From the IMG/VR virus record IMGVR_UViG_3300009103_002144, positions 1 to 64,000 of that record: a stretch of DNA of 64,000 bases; one strand, given 5' to 3'. Under the pieces are notes generated by a model, which worked only from the letters and a program-made list of their open reading frames with translations, was not told the origin of the DNA and made no database searches. Origin of the DNA: a virus. Both the position numbers and the translations under genes were made by a program. Positions 29,919 through 42,400 of this stretch are shown here, in pieces. Every line of letters starts with the position of its first letter. Positions within the stretch are counted from its first letter, which is position 1.

Positions 29919-32900
29919 TGAACGCGGATTGTGTCCAGATTACCTGTCCAATCATCATCTGCGTTTATTCTAATTAATACAAAGTCTGACGCGGCGGCTG
30001 GAACCGAAGCGCCACCAGTGCCGTTTGATGTTTCACCCTGAAAAGAGCAAAGGGTTTGGGCACCATTCGCGTTTATTGTTTGACCCGGGGTGCCCTTTAA
30101 GCAGCCATTCCCATCGACGTTATATGTACCCGCACCCGAACCTGCTTTCGCTAAATCAAGCCAAGCGGTCTTACCGGGAATCTTAACGTCGACGTGAATC
30201 ATATTATTTGTACCAAGAGAGCCAGAAGCAAATCCACCGCTCCTTGGAATAATTTCAGCACTCCCAGTGAATTGGAGCATCACTTGTGCAACATCTGAGC
30301 TTGTATCATTTCTAAAAGCCCTATAATAAGTTCTAGTTGCTTTTGTCAGACTGCTGTAATTCATATTTCCGTATGGCCCCTGATATGAGCCACCATCTGC
30401 AACATTTCTGAAGTCTCCAGAATTTCCTTGTGCCTTGGGAGAATACAACTTCCCATCGAATATCAACAAGCCGTCATCATAGTTTGAGACGGTATTCATG
30501 TCATTCTGAGAATTCCAGACATTGGCAGCATCTGTTATGTCGGCTTTCGTGCTATAAGAAGCAGATATCAACCTGTAAAGCTCTCCGCTGAAATTCTCGG
30601 TTATATTTCTAGTCGAGGAATCACTAGCAGAATAAATCAAGAATGTACTTTTACTTTGCTCGGACGATAATAAATTTGACTTTTGTGGATGATAAACCCT
30701 AAACTTCGCAGTCACAGAATCTGCATCAGCTGGAAGAGAATTCGTAAGAGTGCAACCGAATGATGCTGTTACAAGAAGGTCGTTTGATTGACCTTCTGAA
30801 ACAGACGTATCAAGAGCAGGCAGCGGTACCGTACTATCACTATTGTGAGTTGTATAAGTGTACCCGCTTCCACTAAAGATTACTTGAGATATTGAAACAT
30901 TCGACATTCCTGTCACAGAAAATGCATTATTCAATTTCGAGTATATGTTAGAATGAGAACCACTGACCGCTGCCTTGAGGCTACCAGTTACAGTAGAAGC
31001 TGAATTATCAAAATATCGAACACCAGAAAGATAGAATATAGAGCTTCCACCGAAATCATCAAATCCAATATTGGAGAATGACATTGCCGTTGTGTACGGA
31101 TCATTTACCCACTCAACGTAAGTCGTAGTCCTATCAACACCGGCCAGAGTATGGATTGCTCGAACGTAATTCCATCCGTCTCTTTGATCGGCCGCAGCTA
31201 CATTGAACTTCGCAGTCCTAAAATAGTAATTAAAGTTGGGGAAGTTATTTGAACCGGTCCGCGGTTGGGTGGTTGATACATTCGTAAATCCTGTACCACT
31301 TGCGTTGACTACGCTAGTGGCTCCCGAGCCTGGATACCCTGAGCCGGCCAGGGCAGACAAATCAATCTCTGCAGCTGCTATTTCACTTCCATTAACCTCA
31401 AGTTTTAACGTGCCGCAATTTCCTTCGCCAAAACCACCGGTCGAAGTGTTTGTATTTAGTGGGCCATCTATTGCTGTTGTTTTAGCAAATATTCCAAGCC
31501 TACGAGCGTTAGGGTCTCCGTCGTTATATTCTGCGTTAACATTGACTGCGCTTCCTACACCGGCGCCAGAACCTACATCGGCAAACCCGGGAATCGCTTT
31601 GCTTGAACCAAAGCTTAACTTTGCGTCTTCGCCGTCATCAGTCGATGAGATTGTAGATAAGTTAGAAGCATCAGTTGCATCTGAATTAGCAAAGTTAACA
31701 GTTATGTCGGAAATATTCCCCGTCCACGACGCATCTGCCAAAATCTTAAGCATAAGATAATCATTGTTTCTGATATGCTTCACGCCAAAAGTGCAATATA
31801 GCGTTGCTGGAACGCTGGTATCATTTGTGTATACCCTACACCCAGAATCATCGACATAAGATGCAGAAGTAAACAAAGTAGAACAGTCTAACCATCCAGT
31901 CGTATTTGAAGTGCCGGTTCCATCATCAGGAAGTCTTGAAAATATCTTTATGGTATTCGCGCCAAGTGCTCCGCCGGCAGTGGTGATGTTTGTGGATCCA
32001 GCTAATGCTATTGTATATGAATCTCTATTCGCACCTTCCGTATTCCGGAATTTTCTATAAAATGTTCTTGTACCGGAATTTATACCACTATAATTTGGAT
32101 TACCAGAAGGTGCAAAAGCCAAAGAACCACCATCGGTGGAATTTCTAAAGTCTCCACTTAATAATCCTTCATCAGGTGCAACCAACTTATTATTATAGAC
32201 CAGCAAGCCATTGGCATGCCCACCCGAACCAGACATATGAATTGAGCTATCCCAATCAAGAGATCCCCCAGTAACATCTGTCTGATTTGCGAAACTTCCA
32301 CTTTGTGCTCTATAGGTCTCACCAGTAAACGTTTCATTTGTTACAGTGGCTGTTTCTGTAACGTTCCATAGCAAAAATCCTGAAGCAGAAGTTGAGCCGC
32401 CGTCTGTTAAATTTGCCTTCAGCGGATGAGTGACTGTCACAGCTGCCGATACTGACCCATTCAACATAGTCTCATCTGTGATCGTAGCAGAGCCTGTTAA
32501 CGAAAGAACCTTTTCAGAATTTTCGCCGGCTCCGGTGTTGATTGTGGGCTTTGCAATATTAGCAATACTGAGATTTGTGGTGGTAAATGTAATCGCATTT
32601 GAGTCGTAACATGTCTTATATGCATTGCTCACGTCAACACGATACTCTGCTGTACCAGACCTAAAGAATGAAACTCCTGATAGTTGCTTAAGGCCGCCGG
32701 CATCGACTGCTGTAATCTGGTTATTGCTGGCAGCTAATGCACTAGAATTAGAATCATTTACCCACTCAACGTAATTTGTTAATGAAGATGTAATATTGTT
32801 TACAACACGCGTAACCCTAGAATAATTCCACCCATTTCGTTGGTCCCCAGTTCCTACCTGCCAATCACCTGTTCGATGTTTGAATGTATTGAATGAAGAC

Positions 32901-35900
32901 CCATCCTGTTGTTTTGCTGATCCTGTCTGAGAAAGATTGATAAACCCAGAGCCATTAGACCCAGTACTAATAAATGTACCGCTTCCAGGGTTACCACTAC
33001 CCACAGAAGTGCTAGATAAAGAAGCTGTATGGATAACTGTACCGTTAACTTCAAGTTGTATTATACCTACATCTGCATCACCAAATGAATATTGAGGATA
33101 ATTGAGCTGATTATTGGCATAACGATTTTCTGGAACGTCGGAATTTAGAGTACCATCCATTACTGTGGCACCGGTAAAAATTGCTCTCCTTAGATTGCCG
33201 CTATTTGTCGCAACTTCGTATAGCCCATTTACATCAACTGCTATTCCGTAACCCGCTGATGAGCCAACGTCAGTATATCCAGAAGCTGCTGCACTTGAAC
33301 CGAAAGAAAGATATGCAGCTGTACCTGTATCGCTTGAGTCAACATTATCGAGAGCAGGAGCGGGTGATGGAGCAAGATCAAGTAAAACTTCGTTGAACCT
33401 ATCTACAGCTGTTCCAATAGCCGTACCATAAGCAAAGTCTGTAAATAAGCCGTCCCCATAAGTGCCATCTTCGGCAATCCCAATGACAGGTTTAATCGTA
33501 ACTTGTCCGCCACCATCATTCGTCACTAAGCTTGAAGTAAATACGAACTTTGAGACTCCAGAGACGGTATCACTGCCAGCTTGGGAAACGCTTACGGTAC
33601 CTCCTCCAGTATTCGAAGAAGATATCACCAGTTGCCCAGATGACGATGTAGTGACACTAACACTTCCCGTCCCTATAAGATATGGTGTAGAACCGTCGCT
33701 AAGCATCTGAAGGGAGCCTGTTAACCCTGTCTTGAATATTGCACTACTCTCAACGCCCAATGTTCCTGTCACGCCTACATTTCCGCTAAACTGAGAGCCG
33801 GTTAATGTCGCGACGATCGAATCTTTAACAGAAAATACATCGCTAGTAAGTTTCAGTCCTGTTCCAGCTGTGTAGGTACGACCTTGACTTGCGCTAACAA
33901 TAACTTGGCCACTTGACGCAGTGGATACACTCACTGCACCTGTGCCTATGAGATATCTCGTGGAGCCATTGCTTAGCATCTGAAGGGAGCCTGTTAACCC
34001 TGTCCGGAATACCGCGTTACCCTCTACCTCTAAAGACCCAGTAACACCAATATTTCCACTAAACTGGGAGCCGGTTAGAGTTGCGACAATCGAATCTTTA
34101 ACGGAAAATACATCTTCCGATAGCCTTATACCGGTACCAGGAGAATAAATCTTTCCAGCACTAGAGCTAACCACTACCTGACCGGCTGAGGAGGTTGAAA
34201 CATTCACTGATCCGGTTCCAACTATGTACCGAGTTGTACCGTCGTTAAGCATTTGGAGAGAACCTGTAAATGCAGGTGCTGTTACGGCTCCACTAAAAAC
34301 CGACCCTGTAAGTGTGGCAACAATGGAGTCAAGAATATCTAGAGTATATGCGCCAGCTGCGCCACCATCGGTTCCTTTTAAGCCAGTCCCAGGTGTCATT
34401 ACCCGCTCTGCTGTTAGAGAGCCCGTTGGAGTAAGAACTAAATACTCTGCCCTTTTATCGCTGTTACCTCCACCGGGCGAACCTCCAGCAATAGTATATG
34501 ATATTAACACGCTACCGTTTGATTGGGTAACTATCTCAATTTGGTTTCCAGCCCTTAGATATGATGATCCATCTATGAGTTTCGTCAAAGACCCAGATAG
34601 ATTTAGTGCGGTAGTCTTGCCGGCAAGAGATGTCCACCCACGAAAAATTGAATTCTTCTCAACTTCCAAAGATCCTGTTATGCCAATATCACCACTAAAT
34701 TGTGAGCCAGTCAAGCAAGCCACAACTGAATTATCGATAATAACATTTTGAGCCGCTGAACCATCAAACGTAAATGCCTTGATTCCGACCCCTTGTGATA
34801 GAGAATTTGGGACTTTCTGTACGTTCAGATTTCCAGACCCATCAGTACTGATTGTATTACTATCAATCTTGATCGCAATTTCAGCAGGGTTGGTATTTCC
34901 GTTGAATGTTATGTCAATTCCTGTTCCCTCATTCATTATAGCAGTACGATCAACTAAATCGACCAGCGTTCCCACGAGCTGTTTCGTGATTGTAGTTCCA
35001 CCATTTGACAAAATTGCATACGATGCTCTATCACCCGATTGTGCTAAACTAGTAGAATCTATTGCAACTGTCGCATTTCCAGTTCCATCATAAGAGAACG
35101 TACCAATACCAGAACCCTGACTAAGTGTACCACCGGTGCCAAGAGAGGAAGCAATCGTGATTTGTCCTGTCGTAGGTGTATCATAAGATATTGTAACATT
35201 GCTACCAGCGACAAGGTACGGTACTCCACTGGAGACCTCATCATGAACTGCTAGAATTGTACCAAATGTATTTGTTCCTGTGAATGTATTGTTCCCGGAA
35301 AATGTGTTTGTACCCGTAAAGGTATCATTACCAGAGTGAGTATCATTACCAGAAAACGTATTGTTCCCCACAAAAGCGTTACTAGATGCTAGCATCGGGA
35401 CTGTGGTTGTGTCGATACCAATCGTGGCTGTGCCAGAACCATCATATGAAAAATTCGCAATACCAGTTGTTTCTGAAAGTGCGTTGGGAACCTTTGCGAC
35501 GCTTATACCACTCCCACCAACGCTTAACGTTGTACCATCTAAGTTTATTGAAATCCCAGCTACGGCGAGATCTAAACTAGCATCAGCTAGCTTAATTTTT
35601 AGTGCATCACTACTGACCTCTAATCCGCCTCCAGAACCCGTCGCAACAAGGATCCTATCTGTAGTCGAACCGTCCCACGTGCTATTTCCAGACTGTAGTT
35701 GTAGAGGTGCGCCTATCGTTAATGCGCTCACAGAGCCGCCACCACCAAGAGCTAGAAGCGTTGCAACAGTACATTTTCTCGGAAAACCTGATACCCCACT
35801 CGTTACGTCTCCAAACATTATTAGATCAGATGTTGTCGGAGTGACACTGGACAGATTATCAAAATCGACCCTTATTCCAGCTGATGAGATTACGTTGACA

Positions 35901-36391
35901 CCTCCGTTACTAACAAAATCCGGTGTCAGTGTTACAGCGGCAGAACCGTCATATGTAGTTCCTGAGTCTAATTGCAATCCATTTCCAATTGTCAACGGAT
36001 TGTTAGAAAATCCAGATGCGCCGATCGTAATCTGTCCATCTGAGCCCGTGGCAATAGTGATATTTGACCCTTCTTTTAGATATGAAGAGCCATCTGCTAA
36101 GTTTGTCAGAGAACCTGTCAGGGCAATCGATTTCACAAGCTGTGTGTTAATCGTGGGTGCGCCGAGTGACTCGCTTGCAGTAACATACGTATTACTAGCG
36201 ACAAATGATGAAGCGTTAATATTACCGTATACGATCAGTGACTTGTCGAATTCAGTATCTGCGGATGACTCGCCAGGAAGGCCAACTTGAAATGCTTGAG
36301 GCGTGATGATCTTAACGATGTCATCATTACGTTGCGATCGTATTACAAGAAAATCAGTTTTTCTTATGTCTGTTCTGTCTTGATCGGCCAT
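29906..36391 (-). CDS. Very large tail fibre-like/virion protein with internal repeats
   Basis: 2161 aa G/S/T-rich; hexapeptide repeats, 78-91 aa tandem modules and a C-terminal duplication of about 565 aa. Confidence 0.75.
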   Translation of the reverse strand: MADQDRTDIRKTDFLVIRSQRNDDIVKIITPQAFQVGLPGESSADTEFDKSLIVYGNINASSFVASNTYVTASESLGAPTINTQLVKSIALTGSLTNLADGSSYLKEGSNITIATGSDGQITIGASGFSNNPLTIGNGLQLDSGTTYDGSAAVTLTPDFVSNGGVNVISSAGIRVDFDNLSSVTPTTSDLIMFGDVTSGVSGFPRKCTVATLLALGGGGSVSALTIGAPLQLQSGNSTWDGSTTDRILVATGSGGGLEVSSDALKIKLADASLDLAVAGISINLDGTTLSVGGSGISVAKVPNALSETTGIANFSYDGSGTATIGIDTTTVPMLASSNAFVGNNTFSGNDTHSGNDTFTGTNTFSGNNTFTGTNTFGTILAVHDEVSSGVPYLVAGSNVTISYDTPTTGQITIASSLGTGGTLSQGSGIGTFSYDGTGNATVAIDSTSLAQSGDRASYAILSNGGTTITKQLVGTLVDLVDRTAIMNEGTGIDITFNGNTNPAEIAIKIDSNTISTDGSGNLNVQKVPNSLSQGVGIKAFTFDGSAAQNVIIDNSVVACLTGSQFSGDIGITGSLEVEKNSIFRGWTSLAGKTTALNLSGSLTKLIDGSSYLRAGNQIEIVTQSNGSVLISYTIAGGSPGGGNSDKRAEYLVLTPTGSLTAERVMTPGTGLKGTDGGAAGAYTLDILDSIVATLTGSVFSGAVTAPAFTGSLQMLNDGTTRYIVGTGSVNVSTSSAGQVVVSSSAGKIYSPGTGIRLSEDVFSVKDSIVATLTGSQFSGNIGVTGSLEVEGNAVFRTGLTGSLQMLSNGSTRYLIGTGAVSVSTASSGQVIVSASQGRTYTAGTGLKLTSDVFSVKDSIVATLTGSQFSGNVGVTGTLGVESSAIFKTGLTGSLQMLSDGSTPYLIGTGSVSVTTSSSGQLVISSSNTGGGTVSVSQAGSDTVSGVSKFVFTSSLVTNDGGGQVTIKPVIGIAEDGTYGDGLFTDFAYGTAIGTAVDRFNEVLLDLAPSPAPALDNVDSSDTGTAAYLSFGSSAAASGYTDVGSSAGYGIAVDVNGLYEVATNSGNLRRAIFTGATVMDGTLNSDVPENRYANNQLNYPQYSFGDADVGIIQLEVNGTVIHTASLSSTSVGSGNPGSGTFISTGSNGSGFINLSQTGSAKQQDGSSFNTFKHRTGDWQVGTGDQRNGWNYSRVTRVVNNITSSLTNYVEWVNDSNSSALAASNNQITAVDAGGLKQLSGVSFFRSGTAEYRVDVSNAYKTCYDSNAITFTTTNLSIANIAKPTINTGAGENSEKVLSLTGSATITDETMLNGSVSAAVTVTHPLKANLTDGGSTSASGFLLWNVTETATVTNETFTGETYRAQSGSFANQTDVTGGSLDWDSSIHMSGSGGHANGLLVYNNKLVAPDEGLLSGDFRNSTDGGSLAFAPSGNPNYSGINSGTRTFYRKFRNTEGANRDSYTIALAGSTNITTAGGALGANTIKIFSRLPDDGTGTSNTTGWLDCSTLFTSASYVDDSGCRVYTNDTSVPATLYCTFGVKHIRNNDYLMLKILADASWTGNISDITVNFANSDATDASNLSTISSTDDGEDAKLSFGSSKAIPGFADVGSGAGVGSAVNVNAEYNDGDPNARRLGIFAKTTAIDGPLNTNTSTGGFGEGNCGTLKLEVNGSEIAAAEIDLSALAGSGYPGSGATSVVNASGTGFTNVSTTQPRTGSNNFPNFNYYFRTAKFNVAAADQRDGWNYVRAIHTLAGVDRTTTYVEWVNDPYTTAMSFSNIGFDDFGGSSIFYLSGVRYFDNSASTVTGSLKAAVSGSHSNIYSKLNNAFSVTGMSNVSISQVIFSGSGYTYTTHNSDSTVPLPALDTSVSEGQSNDLLVTASFGCTLTNSLPADADSVTAKFRVYHPQKSNLLSSEQSKSTFLIYSASDSSTRNITENFSGELYRLISASYSTKADITDAANVWNSQNDMNTVSNYDDGLLIFDGKLYSPKAQGNSGDFRNVADGGSYQGPYGNMNYSSLTKATRTYYRAFRNDTSSDVAQVMLQFTGSAEIIPRSGGFASGSLGTNNMIHVDVKIPGKTAWLDLAKAGSGAGTYNVDGNGCLKGTPGQTINANGAQTLCSFQGETSNGTGGASVPAAASDFVLIRINADDDWTGNLDTIRVQWST
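33610..34740 (-). repeat. Degenerate tandem coding repeats (about 234-273 bp units) in fibre gene
   Basis: Repeated DSIVATLTGSQFSG..G.TG.L.VE....F..GLTGSLQML..G.T.Y..GTG.V.V.T.S.GQ blocks. Confidence 0.8.
35262..35385 (-). repeat. Hexapeptide (18-bp) repeat NxFxG
   Basis: SNAFVG NNTFSG NDTHSG NDTFTG TNTFSG NNTFTG TNTFG. Confidence 0.8.
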
Positions 36392-36414
36392 TCATCTCTC
36401 GCCACCCTCTTGAA

Positions 36415-39400
36415 TCAGCCCAGTGAGCTAAGGAACGGCGAGGCCGTAAATGATTGTACAAGAGGACTAATAGTTACTGTCTGTCTACTAAATAGGAAGG
36501 TCCGTGATGTTTCACCCTCTTTGTAAGGAACAGAAGATGTCATTTCGCTACTAACGTTCAAGCAAGACGTCTCCCTGGGGTCGCTAAGTGGGAGCCCATC
36601 CCCGTCTACGAAAATACATGATACGGCCGGTTCTTGCAAGCCTGCTGGAGTGTGTTCGTCTCCAGTATCATAAAATCTCGAGTACTGCCTCTGCTCAAGC
36701 ATATCCCTGAATTGTCCGAACCTATCATACCTAAACACTGCAGAAGTTGACTGCTTTCTAAAATTAATAAGGCCGTACTTCCATCCCGATGGATGATCCA
36801 ATTGTGCTTTTGGAGCCCAGTTGGTGAAACCAATCTGTGTTGTGTCTGTGTTTGGAAACAGTCGGCCGACTGTTGGAAGCGGACGATCACCCCACTCTGT
36901 TTTCCAGAAACCAAATATAGAAGCCATGACAATGTTTAGCTGACCAGCTGGATTATCAACTTTTTTCGCGCCGGACCATGCCTGAGTGTTGCCCTTGGGC
37001 TTTGCCCAGCTTATTGCCTCAAACATACGATCATTGACCCCATCCGCTATTCTGATTGATGTTACGAGAGCCTGAGAGCCTGTAGGGAACGTTCGACCGG
37101 AATTTGATAATTTCGCCAATGCACTCTTCCAAGCCAGCGCGTTCTGATAGTTGTCTTTTGGAACAAATACAGACGCTCGTGAACCAGATGTATTCAGCCC
37201 TTCGGTCGTTACGATTGCTCTTTTAAGTGTACTATACCTTTCCTCGAATGGAAATGATGGTAAATAATAGGGGTTTGGCCACATTGGACGTTCGTCGAGC
37301 TCCTCGTTAGGAGTCGCCTCCGTGCCTCCATTCCAGGGTGTGGACCAAGTGTAGACCCATGATGTAGTACCAAGATTAAACGAGAGAGTTTTATCCGTTT
37401 GGGCCGAATCGAAGGCTTCGGGAGAGGGTCCCGAGATTTGAGGCCCGGATACACCCCCTGACATCAATAAGTCTATATCCCACATCCGGGATGGGTTGGG
37501 AGGGAATGAATCATAGTAATATTCACTATCATCAGACAATCGAACAAAGCGCTGGATCGACCCAGAAATTCCCATGCTTATCGAAGTTGAAGGAGCCTTT
37601 GGCCAGTATGGTGTAGTGCCGGCATCTCCGGCGATTCCATCAGCATCAGGTAGACCAAGGCCGAACCATGTCTTTTGATTATCCCTGGCATTAGGTCTAT
37701 AAACACGTCTGGTATATTCTCCATATACAGAATAGGGACCACCAAGCGGTACGTAAGATGGTGAAAGGCGCGAAAAGGGAGATCGAATTAGAAGATTAAT
37801 GCCTTCCGTAAATTGGGGAAGTGCCATATCATATCTATTTCTCTGAGTATATTGGATATTACCCGTAATATGATGTGCAATATAGCTTCCTGTGTAAGCA
37901 TACGTTGGCTCAATCTGGAACTGGTCAGTTACAGGGGCGCCCATAATAGCTTGATGTACAACATTTGTACGCTGGGGTGGGACCGTTGAATCAGGTGGTA
38001 GGTGCTTTTTATTTCTAAGAAGAGTACCATAAAGAACGAGCTTAGCATTTCGTGACTTCTTCAGTGTAAATGAACTCCTTGGCTCATAAACAGTCTCCAT
38101 ATTTGCGTTATTTATGCTTACCTTCTTGGCATTACGTGTTATTACCTTGTTGGGTCCACGACGAAGGTGATACCCACCTTGACCACGAGAATCTACTTTT
38201 TCAGATCGGGCGGAGTCTAGAGCATAGTTCCACTCAGGATTGTAAGCAGATCCAGTTGGTATCCCTTGTCTATCATAAACCCCATCCCTCCAAGGACCGT
38301 ATGGGTTAACGTTCGGGTTCATAGGTATTGTATTATTTCCACGATTGCCGCCCTGGAGAGACGGCTGGAACCCCAATACAATCTCATCACCGGGCATCAA
38401 GAGATATAGGCTTGTCTTTGGTTTGTCTAAGTAAAGTGACGCGGAGGTAATAGGCGCATACGCACGGCTCCATTCAACTGGGGATAGGCCAAGCTCCTTT
38501 TGTTGTTGCTCTTGATTGTAGGAGCCCACTCCCACCTGATTAACTCTACCAGCCAATACCCCTTCAGCTTCAACCATTCCAAATGGATTGTTCCAGTTCG
38601 CATTCGCGCTATACCCAGCTCTGAATAGTCCAGGTCCCGGGGCCCACTGTGGTACGTTGGACTCAAGCATCTCGCGGCGGGTTCCAGATATTTGGTAAGT
38701 CGTTATTGGCCTATTTGCAGCCATTGCAGCCACGTAGCGTCTACCTGATGTTAATTGTGGAGGGTTACCAACCAGATGTTGCCACTCGCTCGCTTGAGTG
38801 TCACCAATATAGCCACCCTCAATAGCATAAGCACGCCACCAAATTCTATCATTCGCAAACCGAGAATTCTCCCCATGCTCTCTTGTCGTATGATTCACCT
38901 CATAGTCGGCTGCGCCCGCCATGGCTCCTGTGCCAACCAGATACTGCCTCTTTGCTGGGGCAGTGTGAACGAATAAAGCAGAGGAATCGCCAGCTGATAT
39001 AGGCTGTGATTTAATATCTGAAACGATCCTAAATTTTCCAGCGTTTAATAGTCTGCGCTCTTTGAACGTTGCACGAAGCTTATGGTCCCCGTTAAATCGA
39101 CCAGCCAGATCTCCGGGTGGGAATACTGTACTTGCAGTTAGAATTGTGAAACCTGCCTCGCCGCCATTAACGTCTGTCCGAGAGTGCTTCATTTTCCAAG
39201 TAACTTCAATATCAAGATCTCTAGAAAGACCTGCATCTAACCAATTAGATAATTTGACGGGAGCACTGGAAGTTATATATCTATCTGTTCGGCGATAGGC
39301 AGGGACGTTGATATCGCACCATCCTCCAATACCGCCACGAGCCCAGTTGCGCCCAGGATTGTGGAACGACCCAAAGATGGCTAAATCAGGATGTGTTCCA

Positions 39401-42400
39401 CTTGGCACCGGGGTCGTAGGTGAACTAATAAGACTAAATCCTGATCTTGTGATAGCTGTCCCATGCCAGGGTTGAGACGCTGAGGAAACCATGGACCCAA
39501 TATAGTCTGATCCTGTAGGAGAGTGGCCGCCTACTGCATACCAGGGATATGTCAGCATTGTTGATGGGCGGCCTTGGACTGCCAGGGTTGTCCAGTCACC
39601 GTTTGTTTCTCCCTTTCTATACCTTGGTCCAGAGACCAATCCAATGGGGGCAGAATCCATTGCAGAATTGTAATGCGTTCCGCACTGATAGCGCCAATCA
39701 ATTTGCATGTAGTTTAATTTTCCACCACACCACGAACCAGATTGAACCTCCCCATCGGATTGAACATTCGGTAAAGAAATTGGTACACTTGCCGGGGGTA
39801 CTCCCTTCATATACTTAACATCGTTACCGCCAGTCTTACCGGCGTTAGTCTGGCTATTTCCAATCAAAGGCATTGGGAAGCCTTGCCACCTGCCTCCACC
39901 GCCATTGGTCATCAAGTTGGTTGAGGTATCGACCACCCGGTCTGCGAAACCGCAATAGACAGGATTTTCAAACCATTGCTCCCACCTAAATTGCCTCATA
40001 AAAGGCTTGCCCGTTTTGTAGGGAGTAATATACGCATCGCTACTTACGCCAGCATCACCGACCGCGTCATATTCACTAAATCTCCAAAAAAGACCGTTAC
40101 CTGAACCAGCACCAGGATCCAAGTATAGCGGATTGCTCAAGGTGCCGGGCATATTCGTTCCACGACTTGACCACATCCCAGAAATCCCGTACTCCAGCGT
40201 TGGTCCGGGGGTGGGAAAGTTTGTGGATCCATATTGCGTTTTAGCTTGGTCAGAGCTTGTAGTGTAATATTGCGATTCAGGTGTCGAAGAGCCATTGGTG
40301 CTATTGTAGAGTAGCGTTTGGCTACCCCACGCAGATCGAGCACCAGGGCCCACAATCTTGTAATATGCGTCCAGTTGGGTCGACCCCACTTGAGCCCACC
40401 CAACATTCGTCGCACCCAGCTTTATGGCTTGAGAGTAAAATGACCTTGAAACCGGAAGTAAGTGTCCGTTAATATCAATTCCGGATGGGGCGTTTGTGGC
40501 GACATGGGAGACGGGCTGGCTTCCCTCTGCTAGTGAGGGACTTACGTAATAATTCTCTGGAGGGATAATCTCACCAGGTATTACTGCTTCAGCCGCAGCA
40601 TAGCCATAGTGGGTCATCTGTGCATACGTTATCAACTCCCTATTTGTTGTACGTGCTGATGAAGTAAATTCATTTAAGGTCTCTTCTATACGGATGCGCG
40701 ATCGGCGCCCCATGATTGGTGTGAATGAGGCCGCGTTCCCACCAACCCATCCGCCACCAAGACCATCTGCTGCAGCAGCTGCGAGGACGGCACTTTGATG
40801 GGACTGCTGCGGAAGATAACGGCCGGGAAGACCTGTAAGCGCTGAGGTGCCTCCATTGAGATGGTTGTAATTACCTACTACTGTAGATTTTGTTTCACCC
40901 TGGAGTCTCTCAAAACTATTCTTTTCTGGAGCTGTTATTATATCAAACTCACCCCCCACAAATCGATTCTTTCCCTTCTTCTGGTGAAGTAAAAAGAAAG
41001 TATCACACCGCCAGAATGGGGCACCCCCAGTAGCTTTCGGCATATAGTCGTCGGGATATTTCGTGGTGAAGGGGGTGCCGTCGTTGCGAATACCAGCCGT
41101 CCTCGTCATTATTCCACCAGATGTTATCGCAAATGAATCAATAAAACTTACATAATTTCTGGACTCAAAGTTCTTTTTGTTCCATCTTTGAAAATGGTCG
41201 GTAACTCGAGGATCAGATCCAGAAGAATAGTAATTCTGTGCATGGCCCGGATGGGGAGTATATGAACCAGTCACTAAGCCAGATATTCCCCCAAAAAGGA
41301 GCTTCACTGCGCCACCAGTGACGACACCATCACGTCGACCCTTATTTGCTGGGCCGTAGGCGGGCTGCGGTGCTCTTTCTATCTGAGGAAGAAAAACACC
41401 TGCAGGTATGTTATAGTATTGAGTTAATGTTGGTCTTGAGCTGTGATATCCAGTAACACTTGCAAGAAAATCAGGGTTCCCGATGGCTGCTGTATGCGCG
41501 TTCGATTCATTGTACCAACCCCTCCATTGTTGATGACCAATCCCAGAATATGTTCCTGGGTCATTTGATGTATCCTGGATAGCAAATAATCTATCAATGC
41601 TAATAGGGAAGCCGTGACCGTAGGTCGTACTACCAACAAGGCCTTTATTTACCTGAGCCTCGTTCCAGATGAATTCTTTGTAAAAATTAGATGCGGAGCT
41701 ACCAGCTTTTGCAACGTCCGGAGCTTCATTTTCATAAACGTCAAAAAACTCTGCGTATGCTGGTCTCGTACTACCTCCAACAAATGTTGGAAATGGACTC
41801 ATATGCGCTTGAGCCGTGAGCTGTGCGAGTGGAGTAAAGCCGAATTGTGCCGAGTCAGCAAGGCCGAGCGTCTCTTGGGCGGCGCCATACCTGGGCCACT
41901 GGTTTGAGATCTGTAGAACATTCGGGGTCACCACATTGTACCAACCCGGCGGGTCCGGGGCTGGCCAGTTGATGCTGGTCGAGTTTCCGAGCTCGAAACT
42001 TTCGTAAGACCTGTAGAACATGGAGGCTCCAGGAACTCCAGCCTTCGTTTTTGTGACCCCATGGTTCGCCCCAAATTTGAACTTGTACCATTGAGTGGCC
42101 TGTTTCCACCGCCCAGGTGTCTTAATATGTGTAGCAATCGAACCTGGTCCGGCTTCCTCGACCTCTGCATCAAATTCAACAGATATCTTTTCTAGCAAAA
42201 ATGGCTCGTTAATATAGTCGGCGATATTTATCGTCTGAGTCGACTCTGCAACATATTGATCAGTGTGTGGAAACCCATACATCGATGTAGGCCGACCACG
42301 AGTAGAAAGATCCATTAGCGCATTGGCGCCCTCATCAGAAAAAATGCTGAAGCCGGAAGTTCCGGCAAACCCAATAGAGCAAGAATTAAGCAAAAATGAT

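Noticed and set aside
35361-36290. 309-aa plus-strand ORF (and similar ones at 25778..26512, 31236..31760, 34224..34751, 18753..19253)
   Set aside because: Antisense shadows of long minus-strand genes; P/V/S-rich mirror composition, no recognisable motifs.
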